Source of the DNA: an uncultured SAR86 cluster bacterium
GTDB lineage: Bacteria; Pseudomonadota; Gammaproteobacteria; Magnimaribacterales; D2472
Direction of reading: 5' to 3'
Assembly (NCBI GenBank): GCA_902612915.1
Contig: CACMFH010000004.1
Coordinates: 2,570 to 66,569 of the forward strand
DNA length: 64,000 bases
Of the stretch, positions 42,551 through 52,336 are shown one piece after another. The first letter of the stretch is position 1; every line of letters begins with the position of its first letter. Position numbers and translations under genes: made by a program. A model generated the notes under the pieces. That model was not told where the DNA came from, searched no databases, and worked only from the letters and a program-made list of their open reading frames with translations.

Positions 42551-43801
42551 ATGGATTTTTATACATTACTTCAAATAATAATCGGTTTTTTTGGTTTAAT
42601 TATCATAGCCTTACCTTTATCGGATAATTACAAAATCATAAATTATAAATACGTGATTTATGGTATTTTGTCTCAAATATTATTAGCAGCTATATTATTG
42701 AAAGTGCCATTAGTAATAAGTGCATTTGAGATATTGGGTAATGGAGTAGTGATTCTTCAAGAGGCAACAATTGAGGGAGCTAATTTTGTTTTCGGTTACC
42801 CTCCATCTGATGATACGAATCCATATAGGTCTTTACTAGAAACATTTGCATTTGGTGTTCTTCCATACATTATCGTAATGGCATGCATATCTGCAATATT
42901 GTGGTATTGGGGAATCTTACCTTTTATTGTTAATTTGATTTCTAAAGCATGCCAAAAACTCTTTAATATAGGAGGACCCGTTGGTCTGGGTGCAGCTGCA
43001 AATATATTCGTTGGTCAAGTTGAAGCACCTTTATTAGTTAGACCATATGTAAGCAAATTGTCAAATAAAGAACTATTAATTTTAATGACTGCAGGTATGG
43101 CTACCGTTGCAGGCTCAGTAATGGTTGCACTTATAAGTATTTTAGAAAATGCTTTTATAAATGAAAATTTGATTCAACATTTTATAACTGCTTCAGTTTT
43201 ATCAGTTCCTGCGGCAATAATGTATGCAAATATTATGATTCCCTCAAATTCAATAACTGATTTTAATGAGAATAAGGTTCCAAAAGTTTACAAAAGTACA
43301 ATGGATGCAGTCACCAGAGGTGCTTCAGATGGAGCGAGTATTGCAGTTAGTGTTGGAACAATTCTTATTGCTGTAATTGCTTTAGTATATATTGTGAATT
43401 CAATTTTAGGCGCTGTCTCATATCAGTTTGGTTTTAATTTATCCATAGAAATTATTCTAGGCTATATTTTTGCTCCAATAGCATGGTTAATGGGTATCCC
43501 TTGGAGCGAGGCAGTAATTGCTGGAGAATTACTTGGTATTAAAACTACTCTTAATGAATTTGTTGCTTATCCTAGATTGGCTGCTTTAGATAACGGCGAA
43601 CTTTCAGATAGATCAAAATTAATTACTTTCTATAGTTTGTGTGGCTTTGCTAATTTATCTTCAGTAGGTATATTAATATCTGGTATAACCGCAATGGCTC
43701 CTGAAAGAAAAGATGATCTTATAAGTGTCTCTTTTAAGGCACTTGTTGGAGCAACTCTTGCATCATGCATGACTGGTCTAATTGTTGGAATTTTTATTTA
43801 A
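42551..43801 (+). CDS. Concentrative nucleoside transporter (NupC/CNT family)
   Basis: GAAANIFVGQVEAPLLVRPY signature. Polytopic, 416 aa. Confidence 0.9.
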   Translation: MDFYTLLQIIIGFFGLIIIALPLSDNYKIINYKYVIYGILSQILLAAILLKVPLVISAFEILGNGVVILQEATIEGANFVFGYPPSDDTNPYRSLLETFAFGVLPYIIVMACISAILWYWGILPFIVNLISKACQKLFNIGGPVGLGAAANIFVGQVEAPLLVRPYVSKLSNKELLILMTAGMATVAGSVMVALISILENAFINENLIQHFITASVLSVPAAIMYANIMIPSNSITDFNENKVPKVYKSTMDAVTRGASDGASIAVSVGTILIAVIALVYIVNSILGAVSYQFGFNLSIEIILGYIFAPIAWLMGIPWSEAVIAGELLGIKTTLNEFVAYPRLAALDNGELSDRSKLITFYSLCGFANLSSVGILISGITAMAPERKDDLISVSFKALVGATLASCMTGLIVGIFI

Positions 43802-44286
43802 TTGTTTATAACAATAAAAAGATTTAAATAAGACGCAAAACATAACCAAAGAACATATGGTATGTATAATAAAGTAGATATCCTATCTGTTTTAAAAAGT
43901 ACTATTGTTATTTTTATGTTTAAAAATATTAGTAACCATATATCTATTAAAGCTATTACTGGTAAATGAAAAGCAAAAAACAACCAAGACCATATGGTAT
44001 TTAAGAATAGCTGAACAAAAAATATTTTATATATTTTTTCAAATGCCCTGTATGCAGAAATAGAAATAAATAAATAAAGAATTGGCCAGACAATTCCGAA
44101 TACGTAACCAGGAGGATTTAAAGATGATTTTGTTAGCTCTTGATACCAAATATCATCAGCGGTATTTGAGGAGGAGAGGCCACCTAATAGTAGAGCAAGA
44201 AAAGTAAAGGCAAAAACACTAAGCTTTTTGTTAAACAAATTATCTATTTCTAAAAAATCTTCCGATAGTATCGGAAATATTACCAA
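43798..44286 (-). CDS. tspO: TspO/MBR tryptophan-rich sensory protein
   Basis: WYQELTKSSLNPPGYVFGIVWPILY signature, five TM segments. The start is uncertain; a TTG near 44238 is possible. Confidence 0.85.
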   Translation of the reverse strand: MVIFPILSEDFLEIDNLFNKKLSVFAFTFLALLLGGLSSSNTADDIWYQELTKSSLNPPGYVFGIVWPILYLFISISAYRAFEKIYKIFFVQLFLNTIWSWLFFAFHLPVIALIDIWLLIFLNIKITIVLFKTDRISTLLYIPYVLWLCFASYLNLFIVINN

Positions 44287-44424
44287 ATAAATTTGAACCC
44301 TTTGGCCTTGCTTCTATATAAATATAAAAACCAACAAAAACCAACGAGATAAGAAAAACCCAAACTGCGTCATATTCACCCATGGTGGAATTATAAATGT
44401 TTTATTGTTTTAAATATATTCTTA

Positions 44425-45540
44425 TTAAATTTTTTCAACAATTATTGAACAGACTGAGTAACCTGCTCCAAACGAACAGATTAATCCTTTTTCTCCTGAT
44501 TGCAGGTCATTATGAAGATTGAATGCAAACATTGATCCAGCACTAGCCAAATTACCAAATTTTTTAATAGGAAGGGGGGCTAATGATGTGTCAAAATTAT
44601 CTGACCCTATAATTTTAGAAACAATTAAATTTACCATTCGAGCGTTGGCCTGATGCAACCAAAACTTTTTAATATCATCGGCTTTAAGATTATTTTCTTC
44701 TAGTTGATTATTAATAAATTTTGCAACCATTGGACAAACTTCTTTAAAAACACTATTGCCATTTTGATAAAAAAGTAAATCATCATAAGATTTTTCATCG
44801 CTAGCAGCTCTTGCAAGATAACTCCAATCACTTCTGATATTATTTGAGAATTTTGTAATTAATTTTCTATCTAGAACTTTAAAGCCATTATTTGAAGTAT
44901 TATTTTTTGATACTACAGTAGCAACACAACCATCTCCGAAAATGAAATGTATATCTCTTTTTGTATAATTTACAAATGGAGTAGATATCTCGGGATTTAT
45001 TACAAGAACAGTGCTTGCGATTCCTGAAGCTATGTCACTAACAGCATTATTAATTGCAAACGTTGTTGATGAGCAACCAACAAGCATATCGTATGCATAT
45101 CCATTAATGCCAAGTTCATTTTGAATTTCGATAGCTACGGATGGATAGTTTCTTGCAGCATGAGATGTTCCTAAAATTACTGCATCAATATCATCTGGAG
45201 TAACGCCAGCATTATCCATTGCTTTTTTAGCAGCTTTAATTCCAACCTCTGCATGAATTGACATCTTTGATTCGTCTTCATGGACTACTGATGGCATCAT
45301 TTTGTTTATATCAAGGATATTTTTTTTATCAATTACATGTCTGGTTTTTATACCTGACGCTTTTTCAATAAATTCTGTTGAAGAATATTCAAGCTTTTCT
45401 ATTTCTCCATTATCAATTTTATCTTTATTATTTGAATTAAAATTATCTACATAAGAATTGAATGAGAGAACGATTTCATCGTTACTTATTGTATCTTCTG
45501 GATACCAAATGCCTGTGCCAGCTATATGAATATCTTTCAT
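44425..45540 (-). CDS. Long-form beta-ketoacyl-ACP synthase III (KASIII) family condensing enzyme
   Basis: Catalytic triad context: LVGCSSTTF (Cys), FWLHQANARM (His), FGNLASAGS (Asn). The N-terminus (SFNSYVDNFN...FIEKASGIKTRHV) resembles the acyl-CoA-priming KASIII subgroup, such as P. aeruginosa PA3286, as I recall it. Confidence 0.85.
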   Translation of the reverse strand: MKDIHIAGTGIWYPEDTISNDEIVLSFNSYVDNFNSNNKDKIDNGEIEKLEYSSTEFIEKASGIKTRHVIDKKNILDINKMMPSVVHEDESKMSIHAEVGIKAAKKAMDNAGVTPDDIDAVILGTSHAARNYPSVAIEIQNELGINGYAYDMLVGCSSTTFAINNAVSDIASGIASTVLVINPEISTPFVNYTKRDIHFIFGDGCVATVVSKNNTSNNGFKVLDRKLITKFSNNIRSDWSYLARAASDEKSYDDLLFYQNGNSVFKEVCPMVAKFINNQLEENNLKADDIKKFWLHQANARMVNLIVSKIIGSDNFDTSLAPLPIKKFGNLASAGSMFAFNLHNDLQSGEKGLICSFGAGYSVCSIIVEKI

Positions 45541-45578
45541 AATATTTTAAAAACCTTTATAACCTATTATTATAAATT

Positions 45579-46478
45579 ATGATTTTAAACACCTCCATTG
45601 ATAATAGCTATTTATATGTGTATTTATCAAACATTTCAAACACTAAAGGAATTGTTCATATATGCCATGGTAAAGGTGAACATATTGGAAGGTATAAGTG
45701 GCTAATTAATAAATTAAATCATGATGGATATCATGTGATATCAATTGATCATAGAGGGCATGGGAGATGGATTAAAAATAATCATAAAAAAGGTATCTTT
45801 GCAGAAAATAATGGGTGGGAGATAATTACAGACGATCTCAAAAATCTAATTGTTAGTACAAGTAAAAATTATCCTAATTTAGATCAATATCTTCTAGCAC
45901 ATAGTATGGGTTCATGGGTGGCATTAAATTTGATAATGAATGATATAAATATTAAAGGACTAATAATTTCTGGTTCTTCAAAGTTTCCAGCATTTCTTAT
46001 GTTAGCCCAAAGATTATTATTAAAAATATCTATATTCTTGTTTGGTAAAAATTCAAATAATCTTGTTTTAGATTTTTTGACAGATAAAACATGGAATAAA
46101 AAATTAAAACCTAATAGAACATCTTCTGATTGGATATCATCCGACCCAAAAAATGTAGATGAATATGTTGGTGACGATCTTTGTGGTTTTAGTGTAACTA
46201 ATTCGATGTGGAAAGATATAAACCATGGGTGTTCTAAGGCTTTTAATAAAAATAACTATGTTAATTCAAATAAAAATCTACCGATACTATTAATTGCAGG
46301 AACCAAAGACCCTGTAAGTGATTTTGGCAAAGGAATGGATTCTCTTTATGAAATGCTTAACAAAATTTTTACCAACATAAATCATGTAAAAATTAATAAT
46401 GATAGACATGAGGTTTTTAGCGGTCTAAAAAAAGAACTAGCATATAATGAATTAATATCGTTTATTAAATCTATATGA
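45579..46478 (+). CDS. Alpha/beta hydrolase, lysophospholipase/monoacylglycerol-lipase-like
   Basis: HGKGEHIGRY motif and the nucleophile elbow AHSMGS. Confidence 0.8.
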   Translation: MILNTSIDNSYLYVYLSNISNTKGIVHICHGKGEHIGRYKWLINKLNHDGYHVISIDHRGHGRWIKNNHKKGIFAENNGWEIITDDLKNLIVSTSKNYPNLDQYLLAHSMGSWVALNLIMNDINIKGLIISGSSKFPAFLMLAQRLLLKISIFLFGKNSNNLVLDFLTDKTWNKKLKPNRTSSDWISSDPKNVDEYVGDDLCGFSVTNSMWKDINHGCSKAFNKNNYVNSNKNLPILLIAGTKDPVSDFGKGMDSLYEMLNKIFTNINHVKINNDRHEVFSGLKKELAYNELISFIKSI

Positions 46479-47518
46479 AATTTTTACTTTTAGTATTTTT
46501 TACAAGTTCTTTGTTATCAGAAACCATGCAATATAAGGACTACGATTTCAATAGTACTAAAAGAGAGTATTTAGTTTATGAACCTGAGAACTTCCATAAA
46601 GATAGCACTAAAAAACTAGTTATTGGTTTTCATGGCTATTCAGGAACTGCCTCTGCGTTTGAATCAGAAATAACTGGAGGGTTAAATTTAATAGCCGAAA
46701 AATATAATTTTTTAGCAGTTTATCCTCAAGGAAAATATTTTTTTGACCTTGAAACATATGCCTCTAAAACGTTTATATCATCATGGAATGATTTAACTGG
46801 TTCTGTCACAAAGACACCTAATGGAGAAACATGCGACATTGATGCTGATATTTACCCTAAATATCCTGATTGTCCTGATACTGGAAGATGTTCGTGGCAA
46901 ACTTGCGCTGATGACATCGGGTTCATTAATTCACTAATTGATTTTTTAAAAGAAAAGTACGAAATAGATGAAATATATCTTATTGGAAATAGTGGAGGTG
47001 GAATGTTTGTTACAGCATTTGCATGTTCTTATCCAGAGAAAATATCAGGAGTATTAAGCGTTAACGGTATGCAAGCAAAAGATTTAGCTTGCACACCTGA
47101 TCGCCCAGTCAATGCAATACTTTATGGATCTTTAAAAGATACAGGGGTGCCACCAGTTGATATAAGATCAGATGATGGTTATTTTTGGGAACCATTAGAT
47201 AACACAATAAATTCATGGGCAAAAAAATTTAAATGCAAAAAAGTATCTGAAAATAAATTTTCTTTTAAAGAAAATTATGTTGAAAACACTTACTCCAGTT
47301 GTGATCAAAATAAGAGAGTTATATCAATCCTAAACTTAGACGCTGAACATGTGTGGCCCGAATCAGGTTATATTGATGATACGAAAAGTATATACATACC
47401 TTATGGTTATTGTGCAACAGACATTCAATTATATTTAGGCTATCAAAAATGTGAAACAATCAATGATAATTCAGTTACTGAATTTTTAATTACAAAACTA
47501 TTTGAATTTAAGATTTAA
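46475..47518 (+). CDS. Secreted esterase, PHB-depolymerase/LpqC-like family
   Basis: Signal peptide, GFHGYSGTA, GNSGGGMF nucleophile elbow, and many Cys residues. ATGA overlap with the upstream hydrolase. Confidence 0.7.
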   Translation: MKFLLLVFFTSSLLSETMQYKDYDFNSTKREYLVYEPENFHKDSTKKLVIGFHGYSGTASAFESEITGGLNLIAEKYNFLAVYPQGKYFFDLETYASKTFISSWNDLTGSVTKTPNGETCDIDADIYPKYPDCPDTGRCSWQTCADDIGFINSLIDFLKEKYEIDEIYLIGNSGGGMFVTAFACSYPEKISGVLSVNGMQAKDLACTPDRPVNAILYGSLKDTGVPPVDIRSDDGYFWEPLDNTINSWAKKFKCKKVSENKFSFKENYVENTYSSCDQNKRVISILNLDAEHVWPESGYIDDTKSIYIPYGYCATDIQLYLGYQKCETINDNSVTEFLITKLFEFKI

Positions 47519-48383
47519 TTATTCCGACAAGAGTATCTGAGATCAATTTTCTATCTTCAAAAAATGGAAAATGACCAACATCCTCAAGATGAACTATATC
47601 TTTGTCATGATCTATATTTTGAAGTAATTCATTGTCAGGATTAAATCTAGCTAATTTATCTTTTTCGCTAAAGATATATTTGACGTTTTGTAATTTCAAT
47701 ATTTGGTCTTTTGAAAGCCTGAAAACATTACATGACTTTAAATCTATTGAACTAATTTCTTTCTCTGACTGATTAAATAATCGCTTCAAAGGATAAAGTT
47801 TAATTTCTCTTTCAGGATCATCTTCAACAACTTTTGTTCCATAAGGAGATTTAATTTGTCCTTTAGATCTTCCATAAAATCCAGAACCCATTGTTCCAAA
47901 TCCCTTTGTTTTTATTTCAGTTTCAGGAAATTTATGAATCCCATACTTCATTAAAAATTCAACAGCTTGATCTAGATTGCCTTTTGCAAAGTCAAGCAAC
48001 ATATCACCTACAAGGAATGGATATGCAATGTTCATACAAATTGTCATTTTATTTTGAAATTCTGTCGATAAATCCAAAGCGACTAATCCGCCCCAACTAT
48101 GACCAATCACAATTGGTTTCTTTATTTCGATTTCATTGAATACGTCTATGCAAAAATGGGTATGATCTCTAATTGAATCTACTATTGGGCCTGAAGTATA
48201 TCCATGACCTGGTAAATCAATACCAAGAATATTAAATTGTTCATAAAGGTCTTCTAAATTAAACATTGAAATTATTCTATGATCCATTCCTGCTCCAGGC
48301 ACAAATATTATTGATGTTTTATTTACATCAAATGGATTTTTTTCAAAAATATTAGCTCTATGATTTTTTAAATTTAATTGCAT
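47508..48383 (-). CDS. Alpha/beta hydrolase
   Basis: GHSWGG nucleophile elbow and a C-terminal HFPFFE-type His motif. Confidence 0.8.
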   Translation of the reverse strand: MQLNLKNHRANIFEKNPFDVNKTSIIFVPGAGMDHRIISMFNLEDLYEQFNILGIDLPGHGYTSGPIVDSIRDHTHFCIDVFNEIEIKKPIVIGHSWGGLVALDLSTEFQNKMTICMNIAYPFLVGDMLLDFAKGNLDQAVEFLMKYGIHKFPETEIKTKGFGTMGSGFYGRSKGQIKSPYGTKVVEDDPEREIKLYPLKRLFNQSEKEISSIDLKSCNVFRLSKDQILKLQNVKYIFSEKDKLARFNPDNELLQNIDHDKDIVHLEDVGHFPFFEDRKLISDTLVGIIKS

Positions 48384-49863
48384 TTTTAATGATCGATAAT
48401 ATTAGAAATAAATAAATTAGAATTAATGGTACAGATATTACAACTAAAAGCCACATAAACGAGTCCTTACCTCCTAAAAACATAATTAAAGCTGGTTGTA
48501 TCATAAGAATTATTGCAAAAAAAACTCTCAAACTTCTAGAAGGTTTATCTTTAAAATTCTTCATTGATGCTGTAGCCAAAATATATGATAGAGAATCATA
48601 AGTTGTGCACAAAAATACTACTGCAATTATGGTAAACAAAATTAAGAAAAATGTTCCATAATCTAAAGATGATATAGTTTCAATAACAAGAGCATGTGAT
48701 GTCATAGATTGATCTGCATATATTTTTGGCGCATCCAAAATACCATTCTCAAATGCGTAAATAGATATATTTGATAGAACCCCAATATGAAAAATACAAC
48801 CCAATGAACCAACAATCAAAGCTCCAAAGATCAATTCCCTCACAGTTTTATTATTTGAAATATTAACTATAAAAGCTCCTACTGCTGGTGCTAGAGCTAT
48901 ATACCATGCCCAATAAAAAACGGTCCAATCAAGCGAGTACTGTGATTTAAGTAAGCTAAGCGACAAATAGTTTTTTAAAACATATGTAACTGGTTCAAAT
49001 GTATTAATGACAATATATTTTGTAGGACCAGTTATTAAGATTAGTGTTAAAAAGGAGATAACAAGAATAATATTAAAATTACTAAGTTTTTTAATACCGT
49101 TTTGAAGGCCTCTATAAACACTTATTGAAACAATGCACATACATATTAATAACATGACAAAATCTAAATAAATTGTTTGATTAAGTCCAAACAGTTTTGA
49201 AATAGCAGCTGACATAAGAGGAAAGGATAGTGCCAGGCCAACACCTGCTCCGGTTAATATTGCACCAATAAAAAAGATATCTAATAAAATTCTTATTGGT
49301 CCAGATTGTTCTTTAAGGAGAATTCCTGAAAAAGTTAGTGGAGTATTTGGATTCTTCATAAGTGAAAAAACAAATGCTACTGTTGGAAGTATGTATAGGG
49401 CCCAACCTGTAAACATCCAATGGAATAATGGATAGGACCTTGCTTTCAGCAAAGACTGATCTTCACCTTCAATAGGATTTGTGTAATAAACAAGCCATTC
49501 ATAAGTAGACCAATAAAGAAGTGCAGCACCCATCCCAGTTGCAAATAGCATTGAATACCATGAAAAATATGAATAATTTGATCTCCCTTCAAGAACAATT
49601 TTTCTTGAACCACTTTTTGAAAATGCTATTACGACTAAGAAAATTAATACACCAAAACCAATATATAAAAATAATGACTCAAAGTTTATTGCAAAAAAGC
49701 TATAAATTGAGAGTAGATTTTTTGCACTACCTTTTGGATCAATAAGCACATAAGAAGAAAGTAATAGCAAAAAACTAAATGTAATTACTAATACTGTTTT
49801 GCTCCAAAGAGGATTTAATTTTATATTAAACATATTAAATAAGAATATTGCTAATGATAACAA
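48358..49863 (-). CDS. BCCT-family transporter, divergent
   Basis: 12-TM topology. The BCCT Trp-box region is present but degenerate (DWTVFYWAWYIALAPAVGAFIVNISNNKTVREL). The likely true start is the ATG at 49833 (MFNIKLNPLW). Confidence 0.8.
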   Translation of the reverse strand: MLSLAIFLFNMFNIKLNPLWSKTVLVITFSFLLLLSSYVLIDPKGSAKNLLSIYSFFAINFESLFLYIGFGVLIFLVVIAFSKSGSRKIVLEGRSNYSYFSWYSMLFATGMGAALLYWSTYEWLVYYTNPIEGEDQSLLKARSYPLFHWMFTGWALYILPTVAFVFSLMKNPNTPLTFSGILLKEQSGPIRILLDIFFIGAILTGAGVGLALSFPLMSAAISKLFGLNQTIYLDFVMLLICMCIVSISVYRGLQNGIKKLSNFNIILVISFLTLILITGPTKYIVINTFEPVTYVLKNYLSLSLLKSQYSLDWTVFYWAWYIALAPAVGAFIVNISNNKTVRELIFGALIVGSLGCIFHIGVLSNISIYAFENGILDAPKIYADQSMTSHALVIETISSLDYGTFFLILFTIIAVVFLCTTYDSLSYILATASMKNFKDKPSRSLRVFFAIILMIQPALIMFLGGKDSFMWLLVVISVPLILIYLFLILSIIKNAIKFKKS

Positions 49864-50534
49864 ATAAATATAAATATCCAGAACTTAAACGAATTGAAAA
49901 TACCCTTGGACGATTCTATATAGATCCTGAAAATAATGAAGTGCCAAGTGTTACTACTGTTTTGGATAATATGTCTGATAAGAAATCATCCTTGAGTGAA
50001 TGGAGAAACAGGGTGGGTGATATTGAAGCAGATAGAGTTATGAAAGAGGCTACAGATATTGGAACCATGGTGCATTTATCTCTAGAAAATCATCTTAATG
50101 GTATTGATGAGGATATCTTTTCTGATAATAGCTTAGGCAATATGGCAAAAAGAATGTCAAAAAAATTAATAGATGATGCTCTTGTAAACATCTCTGAGGT
50201 TTATGGATTAGAGGTCCATCTTGTCCTAAATAAACTTTATGCTGGAACAGCAGACTGTATTGGTGTTATTGATGGAAAAGATACTATTATTGATTTTAAA
50301 ACATCAAAAAGAATTAAAAAAAAAGAGTGGATAGATGATTACTTCCTACAGGGATGTGCTTATGCTAATGCTCACAATATTATGTTTGAGACCAATATCT
50401 CACAAGTTGCTATATTAATGGTTGATAGAGACTTAATGTATAAAAAATTTCTAATCAAGGAAAGTGAATTTAAACACTATACGAATCTTTGGAAACAAAA
50501 GTTATTAAAATTTCATAACACCTTTAGCTGGTGA
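49848..50534 (+). CDS. PD-(D/E)XK nuclease, RecB/Cas4-like fold, stand-alone
   Basis: Motifs appear in order: GTMVHLSLE, GTADCIGVI (Asp), IIDFKTSK (D-x-K) and QGCAY (QxxxY). The likely ATG start is at 49854. Confidence 0.7.
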   Translation: MLMITNKYKYPELKRIENTLGRFYIDPENNEVPSVTTVLDNMSDKKSSLSEWRNRVGDIEADRVMKEATDIGTMVHLSLENHLNGIDEDIFSDNSLGNMAKRMSKKLIDDALVNISEVYGLEVHLVLNKLYAGTADCIGVIDGKDTIIDFKTSKRIKKKEWIDDYFLQGCAYANAHNIMFETNISQVAILMVDRDLMYKKFLIKESEFKHYTNLWKQKLLKFHNTFSW

Positions 50535-50540
50535 AATATT

Positions 50541-52247
50541 TTATTCCTCAATATCAATCGGCGCAGCGATACTCATATCAGTATTCCTGAAACTTTGATC
50601 ACCAAGAATTGGTTTAATTTTTTCAAGGTCGCTATACATTAAAACGCCAGTAAGATCTATCATTGTTGAGGTTTGCTGAATAAACAATTCTGAGTTCCAT
50701 TTGCTTATATCAGAATATTTGTTCCAGTAGTATCCTAAGAAACCACCTTGACCATATGCTGGAACATTTAAGCATGTCCAAACTTCACAACTTGACCCAT
50801 TCCAAATTAAAGGACTATTAGAAGTTAGGCTTTCGTCACAAGAATATTCATCGCAATCTTCATTATCTCTTAGTTCATTTGCTAATGCGATAATACCAAC
50901 TCCCCACCATACTTGTTGAATGTTACCATTAGGGCCGGGTCTTTCAGGAACGGACAATATTCCTCTAGACCAACCATACCTGTCTAAAGCATTTTTAGCA
51001 GACTCTACTAAATAATCATTATTTCTCGTCCATAAATATGATTGTTCTGTATAGCCAGTGGGTAGCACTTCTCCATTCACCTCTTTATAGTCCATTTCTC
51101 CAAGATGTTCTGCTTGTATTAATCCAACAACCTTATCTTTTAAATTGGGATTTTTTTTCAACCAAGAAACATCTTTGTGGGCTTGTTCCATGCCAGGCAT
51201 ATAATGCCTGCAATCAAGATAAATAAGCAAAGTTCTATCTCTTTTTTCTTGAGGAATGTTAGAGAAGTATTTAATTATGCCTAATATACCTAAAGCACCA
51301 TTATCTTGAGTAATAGATGGACCATCTGTATGGTTGGTTAAAATAATTTGTTCATCTTTGTCGGTCCCATAATCTTTACCAGGCAAATATCCAATTAACT
51401 GATAAGCTTCAGATTTTTCAATTTTGCTATTTAAAACAATTGTTGCTTCTTTTTTTTCCTTTGATGCTTCAATTACACCAGCTCCATCTTCTCTTGAAAG
51501 AATTAAGGTTGGCGAATCATAATGATCAGGAACAGGAAATGTATATAGACCCTTTGTTCTGTCATACGCCATGTCATATACAATTACGGCACCAGCAGCT
51601 TCGCCATCTTCTGGTATCTGATCTAGTCTTTGTGCAAGTTGATACCAAATATCAAAAGTAAAAGAGACCTCGGGATCTACAAATTCAAATGGCTCAGGAA
51701 GAGTATCGCCATCAAGAACATATTCGTACTCATTATAGGTAAAATTAGTTAAATAATTAGTACTGTATGGCTTACTCGGATGTTTTCTGGTTGGTATCAC
51801 TACAATTTTATCCTTGATATCACTTGGTGGATTATCATGATCGTAATAGATCAATTCAGCAGTAACTCCATTAAGATCTGTTTTACCTGAATATGCACCA
51901 TAATATGCAACTCTCACGTCATTTCCATCAACCGAAAGGGTCCAATTTGAAGGATCTTCAGATATAGTCCATTTATCAAATTCCCAAGTATTTCTATATA
52001 TATCAACAACACCAAATTTTTTAAATTCATTTTCTAGAAAATTCATGTAATTTTTCCACTCTATTGAGCCGGTTAATGTAGGAAGGTTATTGTGTTTCAC
52101 CATTGACCATTCTGTTGCTTCTTTTTCGTTAACAATCCATTGTTCATTTAACGGTAAAAATGAAAAGTTATCTTTTGAACAACTGACTAAACTTATTAAA
52201 ACAATCGGAATAATTGCAATAAATATGGGTTTGTTTGTGTTAAACAT
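50541..52247 (-). CDS. Lipoprotein with PA-domain-like insert and M28-peptidase-like core (function uncertain)
   Basis: Lipobox LISLVSC. NHTDGPSITQDNGALGILG resembles the M28 H-x-D ... D-N-x-x-G block, but the expected EE metal/catalytic pair is not evident. The C-terminal part is Cys-rich. Confidence 0.6.
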   Translation of the reverse strand: MFNTNKPIFIAIIPIVLISLVSCSKDNFSFLPLNEQWIVNEKEATEWSMVKHNNLPTLTGSIEWKNYMNFLENEFKKFGVVDIYRNTWEFDKWTISEDPSNWTLSVDGNDVRVAYYGAYSGKTDLNGVTAELIYYDHDNPPSDIKDKIVVIPTRKHPSKPYSTNYLTNFTYNEYEYVLDGDTLPEPFEFVDPEVSFTFDIWYQLAQRLDQIPEDGEAAGAVIVYDMAYDRTKGLYTFPVPDHYDSPTLILSREDGAGVIEASKEKKEATIVLNSKIEKSEAYQLIGYLPGKDYGTDKDEQIILTNHTDGPSITQDNGALGILGIIKYFSNIPQEKRDRTLLIYLDCRHYMPGMEQAHKDVSWLKKNPNLKDKVVGLIQAEHLGEMDYKEVNGEVLPTGYTEQSYLWTRNNDYLVESAKNALDRYGWSRGILSVPERPGPNGNIQQVWWGVGIIALANELRDNEDCDEYSCDESLTSNSPLIWNGSSCEVWTCLNVPAYGQGGFLGYYWNKYSDISKWNSELFIQQTSTMIDLTGVLMYSDLEKIKPILGDQSFRNTDMSIAAPIDIEE

Positions 52248-52336
52248 GTGTATATTTAAAATGTAATATAAATTTACTATATTTTAAAATTAATGTATAT
52301 TTTATTTAAATTTTTATTACTTTTGGGGGGTAATAC

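Noticed and set aside
52248-52336. Imperfect direct repeats TATATTTAAAATGTAATATA / TATATTTTAAAATTAATGTATAT between the lipoprotein gene and TBDR 4
   Set aside because: They are pure A/T low-complexity sequence in a spacer that is nearly 100 percent A+T. Similarity at this level is expected by chance, so I did not call a regulatory site.
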